Shown here: piece after piece, positions 21,118 through 29,052 of the stretch | Numbering within the stretch: position 1 is the stretch's first letter | Layout: each line of letters starts with the position of its first letter | NCBI GenBank assembly: GCA_965219995.1 | Contig: CBDCOX010000002.1 | Span: 4,448,001 to 4,512,000, forward strand | Direction: 5' to 3' | DNA length: 64,000 nt | From: Candidatus Latescibacterota bacterium | GTDB taxonomy: Bacteria > Latescibacterota > UBA2968 > GCA-2709665 | Translations under genes and position numbers: made by a program | The notes under the pieces: model-generated | The model's input: the letters and a program-made list of their open reading frames with translations, nothing else | Told to the model about the DNA's origin: nothing | Database searches by the model: none

Positions 21118-21385
21118 TATTAGCGGGTCTGTGTTCCAGGTGATATCGGTATTGGCGAGTTGCCCTCAGACGGATACACGGGATAACAGCACCGGAACTC
21201 ACGCGATCAGTGGGTCTCGGTCTTTGTCCTGTCTATCCTGCCCCTTTAAATCAAGAAAACAGAACCTACACGGATGGAAAGGATGGAAAGGATAAAATCC
21301 GAACAGGCGGAAGCATGCTACCTATTCTCTGCTTTAGCGATGAATCCGCCCACCCTGAAACCCCGATGCTTCGACCGAATCCAAC

Positions 21386-21414
21386 TTGACATCGATCTGG
21401 TAAAATACTATACT
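21386..21414 (+). promoter_or_regulatory. Sigma70 promoter (copy 2)
   Basis: TTGACA-N17-TATACT. Confidence 0.65.
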
Positions 21415-21449
21415 AACGTGCACTATTTTCTTTCTTCGAACGAATTTCC

Positions 21450-21524
21450 ATGTCCCGGAAGAGCGCAACCGAGTGGGTCAACGGTGCCTGTAACCCGGTT
21501 GCCGGACGGACAAAGGTCAGCCTC
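21450..21524 (+). pseudogene. Diverged copy of the first 25 codons of the DUF5131 gene
   Basis: 58/75 nt identical to 21704-21778 (MSRKSATEWVNGACNPVAGRTKVSL vs MSRKSAIEWTNATWNPVTGCTKVSP). Confidence 0.8.
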
Positions 21525-21703
21525 ATAGGTTCAAAACATACGGAGTTACTGCATTTGTTGATTGCAAGTCTGGCTTCGTGATTTCCTGGTGTCGGTTGTT
21601 CCCCGCATAGTCAGTATAATACGCAGTCTGTCGTATTGGTTTTTCGCTTTCATCCTGTTTGTCCTGTGCATCCATGTTTCCAGTCTGAGCAAAGGGAAAC
21701 CAA

Positions 21704-22573
21704 ATGTCCCGGAAGAGCGCTATTGAGTGGACAAACGCCACCTGGAATCCGGTAACCGGATGCACGAAGGTCAGCCCCGGCTGCGACCACTGCTATGCCG
21801 AACGGCTGTCCGAGCGGTTCCGAGGCGTCGAGGGACACCCGTTCGAGACCGGCTTCGACCTGACGCTTCGACCCGCGCGCCTGGAACAGCCGCTGGGGTG
21901 GCGTCGGCCACAGCTCATTTTCGTCAATTCGATGAGCGACCTCTTCCACAAGGATATTCCTGCGGACTACATTCATGGCGTATTCGACACCATGGAACGC
22001 GCGGACTGGCACATCTACCAGGTGCTCACCAAGCGCAGTTCCCTGATGCGCCGCTTCGTCGAAGAACGGTATCCGAACGGACCGGCGCCACCACATATCT
22101 GGCTCGGCGTCTCCATCGAGAACGACGCGGCGCTCACGCGGCTCCGACATCTCAAGGAGACCAACGCATCCGTCCGTTTCGTCTCATTCGAGCCCCTGAT
22201 CGGCCCAATCGGGACGGTGAATCTTGAGGATGTTCACTGGGTGATTGCGGGAGGGGAAAGCGGACCCGGAGCGCGTCCGATTGAGGCAGAATGGGTACGT
22301 GAATTGCGGAACCAGTGCGAGACCCAACACGTGGCCTTCTTCTTCAAACAATGGGGCGGACGGACACCAAAAGCGGGAGGCAATACTCTGGACGGAAGGC
22401 AGTGGATGGAGTATCCGGGGATTGAGCCTGGCGCAATATCAAACTCAACTCTGCAAGCGGCCGGTGCACCGGTAGATGACGAAATCGTTACGATGAATGT
22501 CGATGCGTCGTTAACCAAGAAACGCAAGTCCCTCCGGTATAAGCCATGGCGGCCTTACTACCAACGATCCTGA
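21704..22573 (+). CDS. DUF5131 / phage Gp37Gp68 family radical-SAM-like protein
   Basis: IEWT..TWNPVTGCTKVSPGCDHCYAE, FVNSMSDLFH, LTKR, SFEPLIG, WVIAGGESG, FFFKQWGG. Confidence 0.92.
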   Translation: MSRKSAIEWTNATWNPVTGCTKVSPGCDHCYAERLSERFRGVEGHPFETGFDLTLRPARLEQPLGWRRPQLIFVNSMSDLFHKDIPADYIHGVFDTMERADWHIYQVLTKRSSLMRRFVEERYPNGPAPPHIWLGVSIENDAALTRLRHLKETNASVRFVSFEPLIGPIGTVNLEDVHWVIAGGESGPGARPIEAEWVRELRNQCETQHVAFFFKQWGGRTPKAGGNTLDGRQWMEYPGIEPGAISNSTLQAAGAPVDDEIVTMNVDASLTKKRKSLRYKPWRPYYQRS

Positions 22574-22701
22574 CGTGAGGCAGAGCCGGGGGACATCGTA
22601 ATCGCGTTTCGCGCCAGATATGAAGTCGAGACAGACGCTCAAGAGTTCGCAGTCTCGAAATTCATCGTAATGCCAGGTTCGGATTCTTTACAGGGGATGG
22701 G

Positions 22702-23745
22702 ATGGCCAACCTTAGATACACCTCGGGTGGATTCCCGTCGGATTTATGGCCCAATCTGAAGGAACCGAGCCATCTGGAGGTATCGTGGGTGGAAATGGTC
22801 TGGGCTGCAATTACCGTAGGACGCGAAAGCATCTATGACGTATATGGGCACGGGTTTGAGTCGCTGCTGGAAATAATTTACCGATCAGCGATGGTTCGGG
22901 CGAATCTGAGCTCTTCGCGTATAGAAGGATTTAATAAAACGGACGCATACAAGGATCTTGATCCATCGGAAAAATCTGCGGTTTCGTATTTCTTGGGACT
23001 CTCCGTCGCAAAGCTCGCGGCCCACCGGTTATTTGGGATACCTTGGCTTATTCATCTGGATCGTGTTCCTGACTGCGGCAAAACCCTAGAGGGAAAAAGC
23101 CGTCCGGACCTCGTTGGCCTGGATAATGCGGGAAAATGGTGTGTTTTCGAAGCAAAAGGTCGAACAGGTCCCATCGACAATGACACGATTCGAAGGGCGA
23201 GGGAGCAAACTCACGGATTAACGAGGATATATGGAAACGCTCCATCGATTAGAGTTGCTGCCATCTCCCATTTTCGCAATGGAGGACTTGAGTTACACTT
23301 GGAAAACTCAAATGGAGTCGACTCAGTTACCGACGATCCTGAAATACCCGACGGAGAAAATTACTTCTTGAGATCCTATTATGGACCCTTTGTGTCTCTT
23401 ATTGAATACGCCACATCCCTTTTCGATGAAACCAGTACTCGGAGGATAGAATTCGAGCATGAAGGAAATCGAAAGATAAATGCAGTGGAACTCTCTGCAT
23501 TGGGTCTGATCGTGGGAATGGATTCTTTCGTACAAGAAGCACTTAAGCAGGGCGCTCGGGAGCAGGACGCCTTGAACCGCGATGCTGGTCTAAGGTATCG
23601 ACTTGCAGCACAACCTAAAGCTATTCCTGAATTCCAAGCCGAAGCCCAGGTCGGTGTTTCGCGATTCGATGGATACGCGTCATTCTTGGGACCTGACGGG
23701 ATATTTGTCGGCCTCGGGCCGTCGTGGGACCAAGTGAAACAGTAA
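22702..23745 (+). CDS. Uncharacterised putative PD-(D/E)xK nuclease
   Basis: SRPDLVG...WCVFEAKGR motif with a downstream AREQ helix; 347 aa; lower GC. Confidence 0.65.
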   Translation: MANLRYTSGGFPSDLWPNLKEPSHLEVSWVEMVWAAITVGRESIYDVYGHGFESLLEIIYRSAMVRANLSSSRIEGFNKTDAYKDLDPSEKSAVSYFLGLSVAKLAAHRLFGIPWLIHLDRVPDCGKTLEGKSRPDLVGLDNAGKWCVFEAKGRTGPIDNDTIRRAREQTHGLTRIYGNAPSIRVAAISHFRNGGLELHLENSNGVDSVTDDPEIPDGENYFLRSYYGPFVSLIEYATSLFDETSTRRIEFEHEGNRKINAVELSALGLIVGMDSFVQEALKQGAREQDALNRDAGLRYRLAAQPKAIPEFQAEAQVGVSRFDGYASFLGPDGIFVGLGPSWDQVKQ

Positions 23746-23987
23746 GGGGACCTACAGTCAACTGAACCGGAAGTGCTGTGAAGTCAAGCTCCTAGCGTCG
23801 CGGACCAACCGATGCTGGCGACGAGTTGGTATTCGCCATCGATTGACACAGCCTGAGATTTACATTATGATATCGGTCCAGATTCCGCTGGAGATATCGG
23901 CCATCTATGGGTTTGAGCGGGCAGGGTGCGGTGGGCCTCGATTGAACGCATCGTGACCGCCAATGTATGTGGATTTGGGGGTGTCGG

Positions 23988-24494
23988 ATGGAAGCCATGT
24001 CAGATCGAAACAACCAAGCTGGAAAGTTGACCGTTGTGTTCTTCACTCTTGTCGTTCTGGCAGGATTCCAACCCGGATACACGGAGGAACTGGTATCTGA
24101 GCAGTTACGTGAATCTGCGGGGCACGGCGACATCATCGCTCAACTTAAACTCGCCGCGTACTTGAGTGGGCTCGAGGCGCACCGGCATCACGTAGAGGCT
24201 ATAAGGTGGTATCGGATGGCCGCCGAACAGGGAAGTGTCACCGCACAAGTCAGACTGGCCGAAATGCACGAAGATGGCAAAGGAGTGCCGAAGGATGACC
24301 GGGAGGCCGTGATTTGGTACCGTAAAGCTGCCGAACAGGGAAATTTCGCAGGTCAGGCGAACTTGGCTCACATATACAGAAATGGTGAGGGAGTGCCGGA
24401 GGGTGACCGGGAGGCCGTGAAATGGTACTGGAAGGCCGCCGAGCAGAAGCCGGGGCTTCAGTCGCCTCGGCTTTTATTATGGGCTAAATTGTGA
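23988..24494 (+). CDS. Sel1-repeat (SLR) protein, probably 3'-truncated
   Basis: N-terminal TM/signal; repeats EAIRWYRMAAEQG, EAVIWYRKAAEQG, EAVKWYWKAAEQ; the last repeat degenerates. Confidence 0.8.
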   Translation: MEAMSDRNNQAGKLTVVFFTLVVLAGFQPGYTEELVSEQLRESAGHGDIIAQLKLAAYLSGLEAHRHHVEAIRWYRMAAEQGSVTAQVRLAEMHEDGKGVPKDDREAVIWYRKAAEQGNFAGQANLAHIYRNGEGVPEGDREAVKWYWKAAEQKPGLQSPRLLLWAKL

Positions 24495-24544
24495 AGGGTT
24501 TCGGAGTACGGTCGTCAGGACACCTCTGCCAATTGAGCGTGTCG

Positions 24545-25435
24545 TTAGCGCCGAAACCTCGGGGTCCAACTGTCCATCAATGCTTCGTCAGAATCTTGTT
24601 CTTCGATATAGCTATCATAATCCAAATCAGGGCAGGTGAGAACCGTCAGCACGCGCCCATAGTTCCCAAGTTCAACTACTTCCTCCTGGGCCACGACTGA
24701 CCTGTGGCCGCCAAGCCAGGTCGCGATCTCGACCTCACCATTGGCACGCGATTCCTTCGGTTCGCCATCGGTACCGTTTAAAACTGACTCAGTAACGGTT
24801 TCCGACGGCACCAGCATACCCTTTCGCGGCCAATCTATACCTCTCAACGACTTCATCTTATCGGACATAAAACAATAGTCAACTGTGCCACTGCTGCTGA
24901 CAACGATGGCCACAGCCCCGTCTGTAAGCCCAACATATCGGATCGCCGCTGCAGTAAGAGAGGCTATCGCCTTTTCTCGAACGGCCTCGATACATTTGAG
25001 ACCGGCATCCGTGCCATATATGACTTGGCGAACGAGAGTAGTCGGCATCAACAGACCAGCTGCGAAGTAGTCTGCCTCACGTTCGTAACGATCAATAGAG
25101 ACAAATTCTGCCCGTGAATGATGTTCATCCTCTTCGAAAGGAATATGATCAAGATGACCGTCGATAAAGTAGTGCCCGAGTTCATGGGCGATGCTGAATC
25201 GCTGAAAACCTTCGTTCGGAACTCGAGTGGAGTAAAGTATCCCAAAGGAATCGCCATGGCGAAGCAGCATGCCCGATACGCCTTTTCTTGGCGATTGCAT
25301 CGTTTGTACAATTATCCCGCGGGTCTGTGCTAATGTCTTTAGATCCACGGGCAGAGCCAGAAGGTTTTCTTCTTTAAGTAACCGTTCGGCTTGGCGCAGA
25401 AGCGACTTACCTCGATGTTCGGATACGAGATTCAT
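24545..25435 (-). CDS. capP: ImmA/IrrE-family metallopeptidase (CapP-like CBASS regulator)
   Basis: QRFSIAHELGH, EREADYFAAGLLMP; overlaps the HTH gene; divergent from CBASS. Confidence 0.82.
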   Translation of the reverse strand: MNLVSEHRGKSLLRQAERLLKEENLLALPVDLKTLAQTRGIIVQTMQSPRKGVSGMLLRHGDSFGILYSTRVPNEGFQRFSIAHELGHYFIDGHLDHIPFEEDEHHSRAEFVSIDRYEREADYFAAGLLMPTTLVRQVIYGTDAGLKCIEAVREKAIASLTAAAIRYVGLTDGAVAIVVSSSGTVDYCFMSDKMKSLRGIDWPRKGMLVPSETVTESVLNGTDGEPKESRANGEVEIATWLGGHRSVVAQEEVVELGNYGRVLTVLTCPDLDYDSYIEEQDSDEALMDSWTPRFRR

Positions 25436-25791
25436 CGCTCCTCACTGTCGTGTTGCCCACGGTCTCGAGCGGCCAGAAAGCGCAAGAAGTCCTCGGCGGT
25501 TTGGCGGTTCTCGCCGGTAAGATTCACAACGTCACGATACAGCGGGTCGGCCGAAACCGCCGTGTTGGGATCATCAGCTCTTCCAACTAGATAATCCGTC
25601 GTCACATTAAGTGCGTTCGCTAGTTTTCTAAGGTTGTCAAACGACGGCTTTCTGTTGCCGCCCTCGAAATGGGCGATGGAACTGGGTGGCAGCCCGACCG
25701 CTTTTGCGAGCTCAGCTTGAGTCATGCGTCGCAGGTTTTCTCGTGCTGAACGCAGGCGGTATTGGAAAAATTCGGACGGTCTTTGGGGCAT
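25432..25791 (-). CDS. capH: XRE HTH repressor (CapH-like)
   Basis: MTQAELAKAVGLPPSSIAHFEGGNRKPSFDNLRKLANAL; context next to CapP and CBASS. Confidence 0.8.
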   Translation of the reverse strand: MPQRPSEFFQYRLRSARENLRRMTQAELAKAVGLPPSSIAHFEGGNRKPSFDNLRKLANALNVTTDYLVGRADDPNTAVSADPLYRDVVNLTGENRQTAEDFLRFLAARDRGQHDSEER

Positions 25792-25804
25792 TTTTCTCTT
25801 TTTA

Positions 25805-25854
25805 TGTCGATTTCGACAATATAACTTGACGAATATATCGAAATCCTGTATCTT
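25805..25854 (+). promoter_or_regulatory. CBASS promoter with candidate CapH operator palindromes
   Basis: TTGACG(25826)-N17-TATCTT; TGTCGA-TT-TCGACA at 25805-25818; GATTTCGA...TCGAAATC flanking the -35. Confidence 0.6.
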
Positions 25855-25948
25855 CATTTATCAAGATAACATAACAGGGGTCATTTTTGCAAGCGCCAAT
25901 TTTTCCGAGGGGATTTTGTGGCTTTCTGTAGGGGAGAAAACCGAAAAT

Positions 25949-26932
25949 ATGTGTAAGCCTTTTCACATTTTGTCCATTGATGGCGGCGGACACCGTGGGA
26001 TTTTTGCTGCCCACATATTGAAGAGAATGGAAGAGGAGTGGCAGATTGATTGGCAACGACAATTCGGAATGCTGGCAGGCACCAGTTCAGGTGCAATTTT
26101 GGCTGCCGGATTGGCTTCTCAGATTTCAGCAACGCACCTAACTGAATTCTACGAGACCCATGGAAGCGACATTTTCACGCCAAGAAGACGGGCGTACCCA
26201 GATCCTTTCAAGCTATTCACGAGCCGGTATTCAAGCCCGAAGCTAAAGAAACTCCTTGAGAAGGAGTTCGGTGAAACGCTGCTTGGCGAGATAAAGATCC
26301 CGCTCATTCTACCTGCTGTCGACGTCGGCAACGGATGCGTACATGTCCTTAAGTCCAGGTACGATCCTTCGTTTACCAGGGACTATAGGGTGCGTGTGTC
26401 GGATGCTGTTCTAGCGTCGTGCTCTGCGCCGACTTACTTCGACCCTGTTGTAATTGATGACAAATACCGGCTTGTTGATGGGGGACTCTGGGCTAACAGT
26501 CCGTCTCTAGTGGCAGCAATTGATGCCAACTACCGCCTCAAAATTCCACTTGAGAAAATCAGAGTGCTTTCCATTGGTACCGGAAAAAGCAAAGTGTTCT
26601 ATCCTAGGAGCGATGGTAGGTTTAGAGACTACTTACTTCGAAGTTGGCAGGGTTGGGGCTTTGTGACTCGTTGGCAGCGCAGTAAGTTCATTGATCTAAT
26701 CCTGAATCTTCAGTCAGAAAATGCCCACAACACGCTCTGCCTTATGTTTGGCGAGAGTCCGATCAATCCGAAACGGGTTCTCCGCTTAAATTTCGAATCG
26801 GATCGGCCGTTGCCCCTGGACTCAGTTAGAAAGCAAAGCGACTGGATTTCTGAAGCGGACCGTACTTTCACCCACCAGTCGGATAAAATAGCACGATTCT
26901 TGTCTGTCAAAGGAGGAAATCAAGATGAATAG
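25949..26932 (+). CDS. capV: CBASS patatin-like phospholipase effector
   Basis: ILSIDGGGHRG, GTSSG (GxSxG), SAPTYF, DGGLWANSP; directly upstream of the CD-NTase. Confidence 0.88.
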   Translation: MCKPFHILSIDGGGHRGIFAAHILKRMEEEWQIDWQRQFGMLAGTSSGAILAAGLASQISATHLTEFYETHGSDIFTPRRRAYPDPFKLFTSRYSSPKLKKLLEKEFGETLLGEIKIPLILPAVDVGNGCVHVLKSRYDPSFTRDYRVRVSDAVLASCSAPTYFDPVVIDDKYRLVDGGLWANSPSLVAAIDANYRLKIPLEKIRVLSIGTGKSKVFYPRSDGRFRDYLLRSWQGWGFVTRWQRSKFIDLILNLQSENAHNTLCLMFGESPINPKRVLRLNFESDRPLPLDSVRKQSDWISEADRTFTHQSDKIARFLSVKGGNQDE

Positions 26933-28160
26933 TTGGGACCGTCACCGGCAATTGAATCAGATCTTTGAAGATCTTGTGGAGGAAATCGCTCTACCACCGT
27001 CGCGGTACCACGAGGCCAGAGAGCGCTACAACGCGGTCGGAGCCTGGTTGGATGCACCGGACTCCGAACTTGCGCTGTACAAACCCATCATTTCCCCGCA
27101 GGGATCATTCGCGTTAGGCACGGCCGTGCGCCCTATCGGCAGTGATGAGACCGACGTAGATGCCGTGTGCCTGCTCCAGCTTTCCCCCATTCAGGTCACC
27201 CAGAGGCAGTTAAAGGATTTGGTTGGGGATCGCCTCAAGCATCCACAAAGCCGTTACAAGAACATGATTGAACCCAAAGGAGGCGGACGCCGATGTTGGA
27301 CGATTCGGTACGCGGATCAAGCCAGATTTCATCTGGATGTGCTCCCGGCTATTCCGGATGACTATCGGTGGCTTGTGAACTTAGGGGTTCCGGAAGTGTG
27401 GGCTGAGACAGCCATCCGCATCACCGATAGAGAGACGTGGGATATCGACCCGGAGTGGCCGCGAAGCAATCCAAAAGGCTATGCGGCTTGGTTCATTAGC
27501 CGCATGCAGACGCGTCTCGATGAGGCCAAATACGCCTATGTACGGGAAACACGCAAGGACCTCGACGAGACCATTTACGCACACGAGATGGAAATTCGCG
27601 CAGAAGTAGAGAAGATTCAAGATTTCGACGTAAGTACACCCCTGCAGCAACTCATTCAGATCCTCAAGCGTCACCGTGACCTGCGCTACAACGGTGACGA
27701 CGATAAACCCATTTCGATCATCATTACCACTCTCGCAGCGATGGCGTACGATAACGAAGCCAGCATCGGAGAAGCGATAGCGAATGTCGTACCGAATATG
27801 CGAACAGCAATTGAGTACCGTAACGGTGTCTACTGTGTTTCAAATCCTGTGAATCCTAAGGAGAACTTTGCCGACAAGTGGGACGAATGCCCACGAAAAG
27901 CCGAGCTGTTTTTCGAATGGCTAAACGCCGTAGAGCGGGAATACCAGAATCTCCTTACCGATACAGGATTCGAAAAAGTTGGAGGGTATCTGATCGAAAC
28001 GTTCGGACGCAGAGAAAGCGAGGAGACAATGGCTAAATTTGTAGCCCGGACGTCTCCCGGTGTTGCGCCAGCAGTGGTACTCACTCCGCGCAAGACCCAG
28101 CAGACAGCCAAACCAAAGATTGAGGCACCATCGAATCCAAGCAAACCTTGGGGACGTTGA
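26925..28160 (+). CDS. cGAS/DncV-like nucleotidyltransferase (CD-NTase)
   Basis: PQGSFALGTAVRP...TDVD, FHLDVLPA, SNPKGY, ILKRHRD, NPVNPKENFADKW; flexible tail ending KPWGR. Confidence 0.9.
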   Translation: MNSWDRHRQLNQIFEDLVEEIALPPSRYHEARERYNAVGAWLDAPDSELALYKPIISPQGSFALGTAVRPIGSDETDVDAVCLLQLSPIQVTQRQLKDLVGDRLKHPQSRYKNMIEPKGGGRRCWTIRYADQARFHLDVLPAIPDDYRWLVNLGVPEVWAETAIRITDRETWDIDPEWPRSNPKGYAAWFISRMQTRLDEAKYAYVRETRKDLDETIYAHEMEIRAEVEKIQDFDVSTPLQQLIQILKRHRDLRYNGDDDKPISIIITTLAAMAYDNEASIGEAIANVVPNMRTAIEYRNGVYCVSNPVNPKENFADKWDECPRKAELFFEWLNAVEREYQNLLTDTGFEKVGGYLIETFGRRESEETMAKFVARTSPGVAPAVVLTPRKTQQTAKPKIEAPSNPSKPWGR

Positions 28161-28164
28161 TCCA

Positions 28165-28926
28165 ATGGAAGAGGCAACCGCGCTGCTGGTGATGAGCCAG
28201 ATGACAGAGGTCCAAGCTCAACATCCGAGTCTGGAACTTATGCTTAAATCAGGTGAAGTGAGGATTCGTGGGGAGATAGGTTTCTGTTTTGACCATAACT
28301 CCCGCACGATTGAAGATACCTACCAAGTCGAGATTCAGATACCGGATGACTATCCAGAATCGCCGCCAAACGCGTTTGAAACCGGAAATAAGATCGACGA
28401 GAGTTTTGAACACTTTTTGATCGATGGGAGCCTATGTCTCGGGGCTCCACTAGAGATACGCCGAAAATTCCTGCAACACAAGAATCTCCTGCGGTTCATT
28501 AACGAACTGCTTGTCCCGTACCTATTTTCGTATAGTTGCAAGCGAGACTTCGGTGAGACGCCGTTCGGCGAACTTGCCCATGGCTGTACGGGAATAAGAC
28601 AATACTACCAGGATCTGTTTCGGGTTGAGGATTACGTAGCAATACTCGGCCTACTGAAAGTGTTGGCGGACGACAACTACCGGGGCCACCTTAAATGTCC
28701 CTGCGGAGCACGATCGAATGTGCGCCGATGTCATGGGTCACAGTTGCGGGAACTATCTTCCTTTCAGTCTTGCGATCAGTTTATTTGGGACGCATTTTCT
28801 GTTTATGAAACTCTTTCCGAGAACGAGCGTAAAGTAGCAATTGGCAGAAAACTATTGCCGAAGAGGCTATTGAAGAAAATAAACCGAATGGCGGGATCCA
28901 GACAGTATCGAGCAGAGGCGAAATAG
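28165..28926 (+). CDS. Bacterial E2 (ubiquitin-conjugating-like) + SEC-C zinc motif, type II-short CBASS ancillary protein
   Basis: IPDDYPESPP, HFLIDGSLCLG (E2 catalytic Cys region), PFGELAHG, CPCG...RCH. Confidence 0.8.
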   Translation: MEEATALLVMSQMTEVQAQHPSLELMLKSGEVRIRGEIGFCFDHNSRTIEDTYQVEIQIPDDYPESPPNAFETGNKIDESFEHFLIDGSLCLGAPLEIRRKFLQHKNLLRFINELLVPYLFSYSCKRDFGETPFGELAHGCTGIRQYYQDLFRVEDYVAILGLLKVLADDNYRGHLKCPCGARSNVRRCHGSQLRELSSFQSCDQFIWDAFSVYETLSENERKVAIGRKLLPKRLLKKINRMAGSRQYRAEAK

Positions 28927-29052
28927 CAATTCGTTCAAACATCACCAGTCCATAATTGGATAGGTTTCTCGAAGACACGATATGGCGTCTTCAAAATGCG
29001 CGACTCCAATGACGCTATTTTCAGATTTCCCGCCTGCTGGACGGCAACTCTG

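Noticed and set aside
21450-21778. DGR-like template/variable repeat pair (ghost copy vs DUF5131 5' end)
   Set aside because: The 17 mismatches are not adenine-specific, the repeat is at the N-terminus, and no reverse transcriptase is present.
25724-25948. 75-aa N-terminal extension of CapV in the ORF track
   Set aside because: It overlaps capH and the promoter; ATG 25949 has a GGAG RBS and directly precedes the patatin DGGG motif.
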